IMG/VR virus record: IMGVR_UViG_3300017917_002605
Span: 46,471 to 110,470 of that record
Direction: 5' to 3' (one strand)
DNA: 64,000 bases
DNA from: a virus
Taxonomy: Duplodnaviria; Heunggongvirae; Uroviricota; Caudoviricetes
Part shown: piece by piece, positions 52,781 to 62,163 of the stretch
How the letters are laid out: each line of letters starts with the position of its first letter
How positions within the stretch are numbered: position 1 is the first letter of the stretch
Program-made: the position numbers and the translations under genes
Notes under the pieces: model-generated
Seen by the model: only the letters and a program-made list of their open reading frames with translations
What the model was told of the DNA's origin: nothing
The model's database searches: none

Positions 52781-53815
52781 ATGCGTAAAATGGCAAGTAT
52801 TCGTAAAATTGATGCAATTGGTCCTATTGAAGGTGCCGATGCAATTGAAGTAGCCACTGTTGGTGGCTGGAAAGTTGTTGTAAAGAAAAATGAATTTAAC
52901 GTTAATGACCTTGCGGTCTATTTTGAAATCGATAGTTGGGTTCCTACAGAGTTGGCGCCGTTTCTTAGCAAAGGTAAAGAGCCGAGGGAATTTCACGGAG
53001 TAAAAGGTGAACGCCTGCGTACCGTTAAACTGCGTGGTCAATTGAGCCAAGGTTTGCTTCTGCCTCTAGAACCGACTTGCGCTAATATTGTAAGTGAATT
53101 GTTCGAAGGCCTTGATGTGAGCATTCCTCTGAATGTTCAGAAATGGGAAATGGAAGTTCCTGCACAATTGGCTGGCCAAGTTAAAGGTAATTTTCCGAGC
53201 CTGGTTCCTAAAACCGACCAAGAACGTGTTCAAAATCTGGTTGAAGAAATCAAGGGTGCAATTGAAAGTGAAATGGCTTTCGAAATCACCGAAAAACTGG
53301 AAGGTAGCAGCATGACCTGTTACCTGATTGATGGTGAATTCGGTGTTTGCAGTCGTAACTTGGACCTGAAGCGTGATGAAAATAACGCATTTTGGGCTAC
53401 TGCTATTGCTGAAGACATTGAAGCAAAGATGCGAGCTGTTCCTACTGGTGGTGATTTTGCCATTCAAGGTGAACTGATTGGTCCTGGTATTCAAGGAAAC
53501 ATTTACAAACTGAGCAAACCACAATTCTTTGTGTTTGATGTTTACAACATTACGCTAGGTGAGTACATGCGTCCGAATGCTCGGCGTGAATTGGTTGAAA
53601 AGTTCCTTGGACTGAACCATGTTCCTGTTGTTGCTCATACCGCAAAACTGACTGACACCCTAGGTATTAAAGATATTGAAGGTGTTCTGAAATTTGCTGA
53701 AGGCAAGAGCACACTGAATCCTGCTCAAGAACGTGAAGGAATCGTGTTCAAGGAATGCAATGGTGGCATGACTTTCAAGGCAATTTCCAACAAGTACCTA
53801 CTGGCGGAAAAGTAA
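52781..53815 (+). CDS. putative RNA-ligase-like nucleotidyltransferase
   Basis: Candidate lysine-nucleotidylation motif …ITEKLEGSSM… (KxEG); N-terminal OB-like domain; RBS GGAGATAATTATG. Confidence 0.45.
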   Translation: MRKMASIRKIDAIGPIEGADAIEVATVGGWKVVVKKNEFNVNDLAVYFEIDSWVPTELAPFLSKGKEPREFHGVKGERLRTVKLRGQLSQGLLLPLEPTCANIVSELFEGLDVSIPLNVQKWEMEVPAQLAGQVKGNFPSLVPKTDQERVQNLVEEIKGAIESEMAFEITEKLEGSSMTCYLIDGEFGVCSRNLDLKRDENNAFWATAIAEDIEAKMRAVPTGGDFAIQGELIGPGIQGNIYKLSKPQFFVFDVYNITLGEYMRPNARRELVEKFLGLNHVPVVAHTAKLTDTLGIKDIEGVLKFAEGKSTLNPAQEREGIVFKECNGGMTFKAISNKYLLAEK

Positions 53816-53916
53816 TACTTTTTGACTAAGAAAAAGTGTTAAAAATCAACAACTTACCGCTGTTGTTTCCACGCAACAAAACCTTGTTGTATTTTTGCAA
53901 CACCAGGGGGTGGGGC

Positions 53917-53979
53917 TTGCCTTCCCCACCCATACCTGTATAATTGGTTATGTTGAGTTGATAAGGACACATTGAAATG
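53917..53979 (+). promoter_or_regulatory. promoter-family member plus conserved leader
   Basis: GGGCTTGCCT-N16-TGTATAAT then TTGAGTTGATAAGGACACATTGAAATG. Confidence 0.6.
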
Positions 53980-54726
53980 AAACTGCTTAGTACTGGTAAT
54001 CCGAAGGTTCTGAAAGGTCTTAGCCAAGGCTTCAACACCTACATTCTGCACCTCGCTCCTGCAAACCTGAGCGGTTATGAAACCTGTGCTAAGCGTACCG
54101 CTGGTTGTACCGCTGCTTGTTTGAATACCGCCGGTCGTGGTGGTATGTTTAAGCGTGGTGAAAATACCAACGTGATTCAGCAAGCTCGTATTCGCAAAAC
54201 CAAAATGTTTTTCGAAAATCGTGCTGAGTTTATGTCCTTGCTTGTTAAAGATATTGAATTAGGTATCAAGCAGTCCAAAAAACTTGGTTTGATTCCTGTT
54301 TTTCGTTTGAATGGTACCAGCGATATTGCTTTTGAAAAATATGAAGTGGTTCGCAACGGTAAATTGTTCCGCAATATTTTCGCTGCGTTTCCCGAAGTGA
54401 CGTTTTACGATTATACCAAAATTCTTGGTCGTAAAATTGCAAATATTGCTAACTATTCGCTGACCTTTTCTGCCGCTGATGGCAATGATGCTGATGTTGC
54501 CAAGGCAATTCAACAAGGTTATAATGTCGCTGTTGTGTTCGGTATCAAAAAGACTTTGCCGATGCCTGAATCTTACATGGGTCTGCCTGTGTTTAATGGT
54601 GATGAATCTGACCTGCGCTTTCTTGACCCGAAAGGTGTTGTGGTTGGTCTGTATGCTAAAGGCAAAGCCAAAAAAGATGAAACTGGTTTTGTGAAGTATC
54701 CCACGATTATGTTGAAAGCTGCTTAA
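53977..54726 (+). CDS. hypothetical protein with N-terminal 3-Cys motif (C..x6..GC…C)
   Basis: Promoter plus conserved leader; 249 aa. Confidence 0.55.
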   Translation: MKLLSTGNPKVLKGLSQGFNTYILHLAPANLSGYETCAKRTAGCTAACLNTAGRGGMFKRGENTNVIQQARIRKTKMFFENRAEFMSLLVKDIELGIKQSKKLGLIPVFRLNGTSDIAFEKYEVVRNGKLFRNIFAAFPEVTFYDYTKILGRKIANIANYSLTFSAADGNDADVAKAIQQGYNVAVVFGIKKTLPMPESYMGLPVFNGDESDLRFLDPKGVVVGLYAKGKAKKDETGFVKYPTIMLKAA

Positions 54727-54727
54727 T

Positions 54728-54940
54728 ATGTCACCATTTGATGTTTATCGTAAATCGAAAGTCTGTGCGGTTTTTCACCGGGTGCCGATTGAATATCTTG
54801 AAATGTTTCGAAGTGAAAATCCTGGAAAATATCGAATTCGATATCGTGGTCCCCGTAAAGGTGATAATCGTTCACCAGCCACACGGCAATCCAGTTGTTT
54901 AAAAAATCGGGCTGTTTGTTTTTCTGCTTATTTGTATTGA
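54728..54940 (+). CDS. small hypothetical protein
   Basis: No RBS; weak. Confidence 0.3.
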   Translation: MSPFDVYRKSKVCAVFHRVPIEYLEMFRSENPGKYRIRYRGPRKGDNRSPATRQSSCLKNRAVCFSAYLY

Positions 54941-54952
54941 GAGGATTTTGAA

Positions 54953-55342
54953 ATGGGAACTCGTTGTCTGACTTTTGTTTATGATGGTAACCAACCTATC
55001 GTTAACATGTATCGCCAATTTGATGGATATCCTGAAGGTCATGGCCAAGAACTGGCCGATTTTCTGACCTCGTTTGATGAAATCGTCAATGGTTATTCTC
55101 CTGGCGATAAGCGCAAAATTGCCAATGGCATGGGTTGCCTTGCAGCTCAAATGATTGCGAATTTTAAAACCAGTGTTGGCGGTTTCTACATTCATGCCGT
55201 GACCGATACCGATTGCTGGCAAGATTATGAGTACCACGTTTATGAAAATAAAGTGGTTGTGAAGAATCCTGACGAAGTGATTTTTGAGGGCACTTGGTCA
55301 GCGTTTGCCGAATTCTGCAAAGAACCGGCAACCGAGGCATAA
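54953..55342 (+). CDS. hypothetical protein
   Basis: RBS GAGAGGATTTTGAAATG. Confidence 0.55.
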   Translation: MGTRCLTFVYDGNQPIVNMYRQFDGYPEGHGQELADFLTSFDEIVNGYSPGDKRKIANGMGCLAAQMIANFKTSVGGFYIHAVTDTDCWQDYEYHVYENKVVVKNPDEVIFEGTWSAFAEFCKEPATEA

Positions 55343-55357
55343 TTGCCCAAATTATGC

Positions 55358-55386
55358 TTGCCAAGGCATGTGTCTTGTGTTATACT
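55358..55386 (+). promoter_or_regulatory. promoter TTGCCA-N17-TATACT
   Basis: Upstream of 55421. Confidence 0.5.
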
Positions 55387-55420
55387 GTAACCTCATTTGA
55401 ACTTGTGAAGGAAATTTATT

Positions 55421-55825
55421 ATGTCTAAGAAAACCGTGAAATCCCAAAAGAAACTCAAGCCTTTCGAGAAACTGCTGACCATTATGATTAGTGGTAAACC
55501 TGTTACCAAGGAAGAAATGAATGCCTTGCTTGGCAAGGAAATTTTCATGTATCGAATCTCCACTTACATGTGGCACATTAAGACTATCGCCAATGGCGTT
55601 GTGAAGCCTGTTAAAGATGGTCGCAAAGTCATCGGTTACCAAATCTGTAACGTTGACGAAGTGAAAGATTACATGAAGCGCAACGATGTTCCTATGACCT
55701 ATGTTGGCAAACTGGCTGACCTGAAGGCTGAACCTGTTGCAAAACCTGTGGTCGAAAAAGTGAAGGCAACCAAAACTGAAGTTGCTGAAGAACTTGAAGT
55801 GACCGAAATTACTGGTCAAGAATAA
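55421..55825 (+). CDS. hypothetical protein (possibly DNA-binding)
   Basis: Promoter TTGCCA-N17-TATACT; RBS GAAGGAAAT. Confidence 0.55.
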   Translation: MSKKTVKSQKKLKPFEKLLTIMISGKPVTKEEMNALLGKEIFMYRISTYMWHIKTIANGVVKPVKDGRKVIGYQICNVDEVKDYMKRNDVPMTYVGKLADLKAEPVAKPVVEKVKATKTEVAEELEVTEITGQE

Positions 55826-55940
55826 TTTATTTTGATAAGGGGTTGCTGCGAATTCAGACCCTGACGCTCGCAATTAAACGACAGCACAGCTCGTTGCGAA
55901 ACGCCTGACTGTGCCCCTTATCAATCAATATGAGGACCAT

Positions 55941-56198
55941 ATGAACAACACACAAACAGATTATTACAAAAACTGGAAACTCAGCCATCACATTTGGCAA
56001 AAACGTCCGTTCGATGCAACAAGCAAAACCGACCTAAAAGAGTACCAGTATTTCCTTACGAATAGTCGGTGGCGTCAAAATTGTCCTTTCATCCTGGAAT
56101 GGCCGTATCTTACCATCGCCGATATGATGAAAGATAAAGTTATCAAACAACACCTAGAAATGGTTATCAATAATGCAGCTGACAGCACCACAGAATGA
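55941..56198 (+). CDS. hypothetical protein
   Basis: First in-frame ATG after a GAGGACC RBS (the track start is GTG). Confidence 0.45.
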   Translation: MNNTQTDYYKNWKLSHHIWQKRPFDATSKTDLKEYQYFLTNSRWRQNCPFILEWPYLTIADMMKDKVIKQHLEMVINNAADSTTE

Positions 56199-56202
56199 AA
56201 TT

Positions 56203-56460
56203 ATGGCCATTGCACAGGAAGAATGTGCAGAAGTGGTCCAAGCCATCAGCAAGATTAATCGTTTTGGTATTGATGCAGAACACCTCCAACGCACCAATCG
56301 TTCCCGTTTGACCGAAGAAACTGGTGACCTTTTGTGTATGATTGAATTGATGGTGGAATATAAATTGATTGACCGTAATGAAATGATGACCGCATCGGCC
56401 AACAAACGAAAGAAGTTGGTACAATGGTCAAATATCTTCAAGGAAAAAAACAGTGTTTGA
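56203..56460 (+). CDS. mazG: MazG-like nucleotide pyrophosphohydrolase
   Basis: EECAEVVQAI…EETGDLLCMIEL all-alpha NTP-PPase motifs. Confidence 0.5.
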   Translation: MAIAQEECAEVVQAISKINRFGIDAEHLQRTNRSRLTEETGDLLCMIELMVEYKLIDRNEMMTASANKRKKLVQWSNIFKEKNSV

Positions 56461-56619
56461 CTATTTAAAGTATAGTGCTTTTAACATCACGTTGAAATTG
56501 AATCCTTTCCACTGGCGATTCGCTTTTAATTCTGAGGTTGATATTATTGATGGTAAAGTTTATATTGCAGAACTGGCAATGTTTACTATCAAAATTTGTA
56601 TTGATAATGGAGATTGGTA

Positions 56620-56916
56620 ATGAAATATTGGAATGAGCTGACTGCTGTTGAAAGTGAATCTATTCGACTTGAATGTTTGCTTTCGTTGTTGCGTACCGTA
56701 GCACACGGTGCCGAAAATGTTGACAAAGAAACTTTGGTTGATTGTATCTGGCATATGGAAGGTACCCTTGAAGATATCAACGGTAAACTCCGTGCGGCAT
56801 TTAATCAAACGTGGGATGCCGTGGCTGAAGATGAAACGCTTGCCACAGACGAAGATGTGGTGTATAATTTTGAACCACTAGAAACAGTAATGTCCCAATG
56901 GACACGTAAACAATGA
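56620..56916 (+). CDS. hypothetical protein
   Basis: RBS GGAGATTGGTAATG (the track start is TTG). Confidence 0.5.
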   Translation: MKYWNELTAVESESIRLECLLSLLRTVAHGAENVDKETLVDCIWHMEGTLEDINGKLRAAFNQTWDAVAEDETLATDEDVVYNFEPLETVMSQWTRKQ

Positions 56917-57458
56917 ATATCTTCTACCTCGACCATGATGTGACCAAATGTGCTGAATATCACAATGACAAGCACGTGGTCAAAATGATTTTAGAATATG
57001 CTCAACTTCTTTCTACTGCTCATCGTGTTCTTGATGGCGTTGAATCTACTCGCCTCTCTAAAACTGGTCGAAAGCAAAAGTGGTACGGTCTTTCTGACAA
57101 CCGTGAATATCTGCTTTATAATGCTACTCATCTCAACCATCCTTCAGCTAAATGGTGTAGAGATTCAGCTGAAAACTATCTTTGGCTCTATCATCTCTTT
57201 TGTGCAGTCTGTGATGAATACACCTATCGATACGGCAAAGTACATTTGACTGACCAAAAGTTGAGGCATGTTCTGTCCCATGTACCACACAATATCAATA
57301 AAAAACCTTTCGAACAACCATGGCGTGCTATGCCTGACGAAGTGAAAATTGGCAACGATTCTCTGGCATCTTATCGTAACTACTATATAAACAATAAGAC
57401 GCACCTGGCGTCATGGAAAAAGCGAAACATCCCGGAGTGGTATAGTGCCAACGTATGA
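56913..57458 (+). CDS. hypothetical protein
   Basis: ORF, 181 aa. Confidence 0.55.
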   Translation: MNIFYLDHDVTKCAEYHNDKHVVKMILEYAQLLSTAHRVLDGVESTRLSKTGRKQKWYGLSDNREYLLYNATHLNHPSAKWCRDSAENYLWLYHLFCAVCDEYTYRYGKVHLTDQKLRHVLSHVPHNINKKPFEQPWRAMPDEVKIGNDSLASYRNYYINNKTHLASWKKRNIPEWYSANV

Positions 57459-57774
57459 ATTTTTAGATACTGAGACTAACGAATATTTTGAAGTCGTTAT
57501 GAAAATCTCCGAACGTGAGGAGTTCCTACAAGCGAACCCACACGTTCAACCCGTTATATCCGCACCAAACATTGTGTCTGGTGTTTCAACATCCAACGGT
57601 ACAGGCAACCGAGTACCTGATGGATTCAAAGAAGTGCTTTCTAAAATTGGTGAAGCACACCCAAACAGTAAAGTCGGCATGGAATACGGCGACAAATCTA
57701 TCAAGGCAGTTAAGACCCGTGAAGTGGTTCGAAGACACATTGATAAAGTAACAAAACGATTGACCAATACATGA
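57445..57774 (+). CDS. hypothetical protein
   Basis: ORF. Confidence 0.5.
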   Translation: MPTYEFLDTETNEYFEVVMKISEREEFLQANPHVQPVISAPNIVSGVSTSNGTGNRVPDGFKEVLSKIGEAHPNSKVGMEYGDKSIKAVKTREVVRRHIDKVTKRLTNT

Positions 57775-58457
57775 TGTTTGAATTTGTAAAACTGCCTGAG
57801 TTGCAATTTGACCTGAAAGCAGAAACAACCAGTGACGGAAGAAAGTATGTAACGCCACACGGCAAGAAATACCCTTCCGTCACTACTATTTTGCAACCAT
57901 ATTCCATCGCAAAGGTTATGGAGTGGCGCCAACGTGTTGGTGATGAAGTTGCAAACAAAGTTGCAGCAAAGGCCTCTCGCCGTGGTACAAATCTTCATTC
58001 AATCTGTGAAAAGTACCTGTTGAATGAAATGACCGATATGCAGTACAAGATGATGATGCCGCATATCAAGCAATTGTTTGTTCAACTGAAGCCGCAACTC
58101 GACCAACATATTGGTAAGATTTACTGCCTTGAACAAGCACTGTACTGTGACAATCTAAGAATCGCTGGTCGTGTGGATTGTATTGCAGAATGGAAAGGCA
58201 AACTGTCGGTGATTGACTTTAAATCTTCCACTCGCATGAAGCAGGAAGAAAACATTGGCAATTATTTTATGCAGTGTGCCGCATATGCTCAAATGTTTGA
58301 AGGCATCACAGGTCAACCGATTAATGATTTGGTCGTTGCTATTGGTGTTGAAGAAGGTGAAGGCCAGATTTTTGAGGTGCAAAAGGATAAATATTTGCCC
58401 GAATTGCATAAGTACGTGAAGAAATATTACCGCAAAAATCCGGTGGTTGAGTTATAA
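57771..58457 (+). CDS. PD-(D/E)XK nuclease superfamily protein (Cas4/RecB-like)
   Basis: GRVD…EWKGKLSVIDFKSS motifs II-III. Confidence 0.55.
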   Translation: MMFEFVKLPELQFDLKAETTSDGRKYVTPHGKKYPSVTTILQPYSIAKVMEWRQRVGDEVANKVAAKASRRGTNLHSICEKYLLNEMTDMQYKMMMPHIKQLFVQLKPQLDQHIGKIYCLEQALYCDNLRIAGRVDCIAEWKGKLSVIDFKSSTRMKQEENIGNYFMQCAAYAQMFEGITGQPINDLVVAIGVEEGEGQIFEVQKDKYLPELHKYVKKYYRKNPVVEL

Positions 58458-58479
58458 TTAGTTTTATGGTTGTATGAAG

Positions 58480-58772
58480 CAACTAGAAAAGTGTTCTGGA
58501 CGTGGGTTCGACTCCCACCATCTCCACCGAAACACATTGCGGCACTAGGAGCGCATTTAAACTTAACCTAGTGTGGCTACTTGGGCAGTGTGTTTCGGTG
58601 GGGATGCCATGGTTTCGACAGGGCAAAGAGTACAGAAGTGGACAACTCGACACAGATAGTCGTTAAAAGTAAATTAAGTAAATGCAAACGATGAAAAGTT
58701 CCGCATTGCTGCCTAATTAAAGGCTGCTAGGGTTTCGGTGGGTTCCTCGTAACAGAATACCCACCACTAATT
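58480..58772 (+). ncRNA. ssrA: circularly permuted (two-piece) tmRNA gene: acceptor piece (T-arm plus CATCTCC-A-CC) upstream, structured intervening segment, then coding piece (GGGGATG…TTTCGACAGGG, tag ORF GCA AAC GAT GAA AAG TTC CGC ATT GCT GCC TAA = ANDEKFRIAA, 3' hairpin)
   Basis: T-arm GTGGG-TTCGACT-CCCAC at 58502-58518; acceptor 3' CATCTCC (58519-58525) pairs 7/7 with GGGGATG (58600-58606), giving G3·U70 and A73 (alanine identity); tag reading frame 58684-58716 starts with GCA and ends …IAA-TAA; no T-arm downstream of the tag, so the order is permuted. Confidence 0.6.
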
Positions 58773-58782
58773 TTATGGTGAA

Positions 58783-59502
58783 GTGATGAAAGTTTATCTA
58801 GGCAAACCACGATATCATTGGATATCTCCATACAAGATTATCGAACACGTTTTCTTTTGGACTGATTGGTCTAAATGTGGTCGTAGCAAGGATTTTATCC
58901 CTGATGAAAAGTATGTTGACCATCCGAAGTGGGTAGATAAACTTGCTGACAAGATTGAACCTCTATCTGTACTGATTCAGAAGGTTCTTGACAAAATTCA
59001 TCCTGAGGTCAATTATGTGAAGATTGATTACTGGGATGTTTGGTCTATGGACCACACCTTGTCACCAATCATTTTACCGATGTTGATTCAGTTGAAGAAG
59101 GTCAAACACGGTTCTGGTTATGTTGACCTTGAGGATGTGCCTGAACACCTGCGATACACTACGCACGAAGATTGGGACGATAATCACCAGTTTGATTTTT
59201 ATAAAAATTATGAAGGTCCTAAAATTGATTGTGATGTTCACACTCGTTACGAATGGTTGCTTGACGAATTGATTTGGACATTCACGCAACTATCCGATGA
59301 TAACAACGGTGAGAACCAATTCTGGCATGACCACGGTGAGATTGATTTCTCCGAACATCCAGAAGATGTTGGCAAAAAGACAAGACCTCTACGTTGGTTG
59401 AGAGAATCCAAGGTAGACTGGGAAGGATTGCGAGCACACCAAGCTCGTATTCAGAATGGCTTGAAGTTGTTCGGTAAATATTACCAAACTCTTTGGGACT
59501 AA
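58783..59502 (+). CDS. hypothetical Trp/Asp-rich protein
   Basis: ORF, 239 aa. Confidence 0.55.
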   Translation: MMKVYLGKPRYHWISPYKIIEHVFFWTDWSKCGRSKDFIPDEKYVDHPKWVDKLADKIEPLSVLIQKVLDKIHPEVNYVKIDYWDVWSMDHTLSPIILPMLIQLKKVKHGSGYVDLEDVPEHLRYTTHEDWDDNHQFDFYKNYEGPKIDCDVHTRYEWLLDELIWTFTQLSDDNNGENQFWHDHGEIDFSEHPEDVGKKTRPLRWLRESKVDWEGLRAHQARIQNGLKLFGKYYQTLWD

Positions 59503-59554
59503 ATAGGAAGTCGGATTCGTCCGACTCACACACTTCACAACACAGGAGAAAACT

Positions 59555-59830
59555 ATGTCAAATATGACACCGTTCGAAATTCGCCTTGAACTTTTAAAAA
59601 TGGCGAAAGACATGCTTGAGCAAGATTACTACGCTCAACGTGAGAAAGTCAGCAATGAATGGTCTATCAAGGCCGATGTTGCTAGACAACATGGACAAGC
59701 TGTTCCAGAACATCCTGGATTTCCAGCTTACCCTAGCGAAACCGATGTGATTAAAAAGGCCACAGAGCTAAACGGTTTCGTTTCACAAATCCCAACTACA
59801 CAAGAAAAGACTAGCAAAAAGTCCACCTGA
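59555..59830 (+). CDS. hypothetical protein
   Basis: RBS AGGAGAAAACTATG. Confidence 0.55.
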   Translation: MSNMTPFEIRLELLKMAKDMLEQDYYAQREKVSNEWSIKADVARQHGQAVPEHPGFPAYPSETDVIKKATELNGFVSQIPTTQEKTSKKST

Positions 59831-59886
59831 TACGGGATTGGATTGGTGCATTCGTGCGCCAATCCTTAACTAATTAAGGAGAAAAT

Positions 59887-60462
59887 ATGCGAAGTAAAAT
59901 CTTCATTACGACCGCATTTCTATGCCTCACATTTTTATTGATGGCATTTAGTACTAGAAGTGAGAACACGTTACTGTTTGACAATGTTCCCTTCACCGCA
60001 TTATCCAAACCTGCACAGAAACAGGCAGAATGTTTGGCAGAAAATATGTATTTTGAAGCAGCGCATGAACCACACGATGGTAAAGTTGCCGTTGCACTCG
60101 TCACACTAAACAGACTTGCATCAGGCAATTACGCTGGTGATATTTGTGGTGTCGTTAAGCAAAAATTGAATGTTGATGGTAGAACAGTTTGTCAATTTTC
60201 ATGGTACTGTGACCACAAGTTTACCTCAAGACGCTTGACAATCAAAGACACTCCGTTATATAATGAGATTCGTGACATTGCTGTTTATGTTTTGTTAAAT
60301 TATGAAAGGATGACTGACTTCACCGGTGGAGCAACTTATTATCATGCCGACTATGTGAATCCAGGTTGGAAGTTACCGAAGACAACCAAAATTGGAAGAC
60401 ACATATTTTACCGCAGTAAAAAAGACTACATCACAGAAGACAGAAAGGAAATCAGAATATGA
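59887..60462 (+). CDS. SleB/CwlJ-family cell-wall hydrolase with N-terminal signal/anchor
   Basis: ENMYFEAAHEPHDGKVAVALVTLNR… Hydrolase_2 signature; RBS TAAGGAGAAAATATG. Confidence 0.65.
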   Translation: MRSKIFITTAFLCLTFLLMAFSTRSENTLLFDNVPFTALSKPAQKQAECLAENMYFEAAHEPHDGKVAVALVTLNRLASGNYAGDICGVVKQKLNVDGRTVCQFSWYCDHKFTSRRLTIKDTPLYNEIRDIAVYVLLNYERMTDFTGGATYYHADYVNPGWKLPKTTKIGRHIFYRSKKDYITEDRKEIRI

Positions 60463-60710
60463 TTCAAGAATTGAAAAATAACATCACGCAATTAATCATT
60501 GCTTCGACCATTGTATTGGTAACTGGCATCATTTCTTTGGCCGTTTACCACTACAATGAACGTGTGCTGATGGCAAAGAACATCGAAATGGCAATGCAAA
60601 AGAGTATCGACCCGCTTTCGGTACGTTGCTCTTATGCCTCACATGTTGATGCTGTTTGTGTAACATATACAGTGCAGACTACAACAGTTTCCGCAACCAA
60701 CCGAAAGTAA
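60459..60710 (+). CDS. small membrane protein
   Basis: One TM; ATGA-coupled. Confidence 0.45.
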   Translation: MIQELKNNITQLIIASTIVLVTGIISLAVYHYNERVLMAKNIEMAMQKSIDPLSVRCSYASHVDAVCVTYTVQTTTVSATNRK

Positions 60711-60725
60711 TTCAAGGAGTTTATT

Positions 60726-60998
60726 ATGGCAGTTATGCAGTTGGCAATTAATCAGATTTCTAATCCCGCTGACCGTGAAAAGTTGTTCAAGGTTCTACAG
60801 GAATGTTCAGGTGCTATGACCCGAATGGAAGGTGAGAAAGACTATATCAAAGAGTCTGTCACCCAAATTTGTAATGACCTGAAACTTCCAAAGAAGATTG
60901 TTTCTCGCCTAGTCAAGGTCTATCATAAACAAAATTATGATGAAGAAGTTGCTGTGCATGAACAGTTTGAACAACTTTATGAAACTATTGTAAAGTGA
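60726..60998 (+). CDS. hypothetical protein
   Basis: RBS AAGGAGTTTATTATG. Confidence 0.55.
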   Translation: MAVMQLAINQISNPADREKLFKVLQECSGAMTRMEGEKDYIKESVTQICNDLKLPKKIVSRLVKVYHKQNYDEEVAVHEQFEQLYETIVK

Positions 60999-61002
60999 AA
61001 TT

Positions 61003-61335
61003 ATGCCTAAATTTACTTTTATTTGTGACCACAATGATACAGACGGTCGAGGTCCAGTTCTGACATATGAGACTGACCGTTTGTTTTTAGATGACGTTCT
61101 GTTTGACCTTCAAGACTTTTTGAAGGGTGCAGGTTTTGTGTTTAACGGAGAATTGCAAATCGTTCCTACAGAGGTGATTTATGGGCAAGCAATTGATGAG
61201 ACTGTTACAGAATCCGAGTGTTGTCAAAACGGATGTGGTTGCAAAAACCAATCAAGAATCTATGAAAGTCCAGATAAAGGACAAACTGTGTATTCTCGTC
61301 CTTTCGGAGGAACAGAGAAGGAGCAAGTTCGATAA
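61003..61335 (+). CDS. hypothetical protein
   Basis: ORF. Confidence 0.5.
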   Translation: MPKFTFICDHNDTDGRGPVLTYETDRLFLDDVLFDLQDFLKGAGFVFNGELQIVPTEVIYGQAIDETVTESECCQNGCGCKNQSRIYESPDKGQTVYSRPFGGTEKEQVR

Positions 61336-61556
61336 TGCCAACAAAGGACGAAATGCTAAAGTTTGCCAGAGCAATTGAAAAGATTGTATCTGAGACAGAC
61401 TATAATCATATCGAAGCCATTGTTGAGTACTGCAAAGAAACCGGACTTGAGATTGAAGTTGCCTCAAGTCTGGTGAATGCAAACCTCAAGGCTAAGATTG
61501 AATTGGATGCCCAAGAGTGCAACATGTTGCCTAAGTCTGCCCGACTTCCTATTTGA
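61335..61556 (+). CDS. hypothetical protein
   Basis: ATG overlapping the upstream stop. Confidence 0.45.
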   Translation: MPTKDEMLKFARAIEKIVSETDYNHIEAIVEYCKETGLEIEVASSLVNANLKAKIELDAQECNMLPKSARLPI

Positions 61557-61575
61557 CATGTGATATAATTTTGTT

Positions 61576-62163
61576 ATGACTGGTTATGAAGCGTTCTCAC
61601 TTTACAACTCACTGAAACTCCACTTTTCCTCTGATACGTATGATTATTTCAAGTATCATGGTAAGAGCAACATTTCAGTGGACTCTTTTGAAAAGAGAAA
61701 AGACAAATATCATTTCTACAAACTCTCCCGCAGAAATGAAGCAGAGGACTACATTCAGTTTTTGGTCTCCAATTTCCTAAACAATGACAAGTGTTGGGCA
61801 GGAGACCTTCTTCAAGATGAAGCTCTAACCGCTTATCGTGACCGTATGAAGGTGATACAATCGCTGACATACATGTTCACGGAAGATTGTAGAAAATTGA
61901 AGGATGTTTGTGAAAATCCTAATGACTTGTTGAAAACAGATGGTGACTATCCTGTTTTGTTGACGATGACTTTGAGGAAAGAAATTCAATTCGAAACACT
62001 CTGTATTATGAATTCAATCATGGGTTTTCTTCCAATGTGGCGAAGAAAAATTACAGACACTATTCGGTTTCCAGAAGTGCATCGTAAAATTGTGAAATAC
62101 ACACCATTCATTCCTTTCGACAAGGAAAAAATGAAAACAATACTGATTAAGGAATTGCTATGA
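61576..62163 (+). CDS. hypothetical protein
   Basis: ORF, 195 aa. Confidence 0.55.
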   Translation: MTGYEAFSLYNSLKLHFSSDTYDYFKYHGKSNISVDSFEKRKDKYHFYKLSRRNEAEDYIQFLVSNFLNNDKCWAGDLLQDEALTAYRDRMKVIQSLTYMFTEDCRKLKDVCENPNDLLKTDGDYPVLLTMTLRKEIQFETLCIMNSIMGFLPMWRRKITDTIRFPEVHRKIVKYTPFIPFDKEKMKTILIKELL

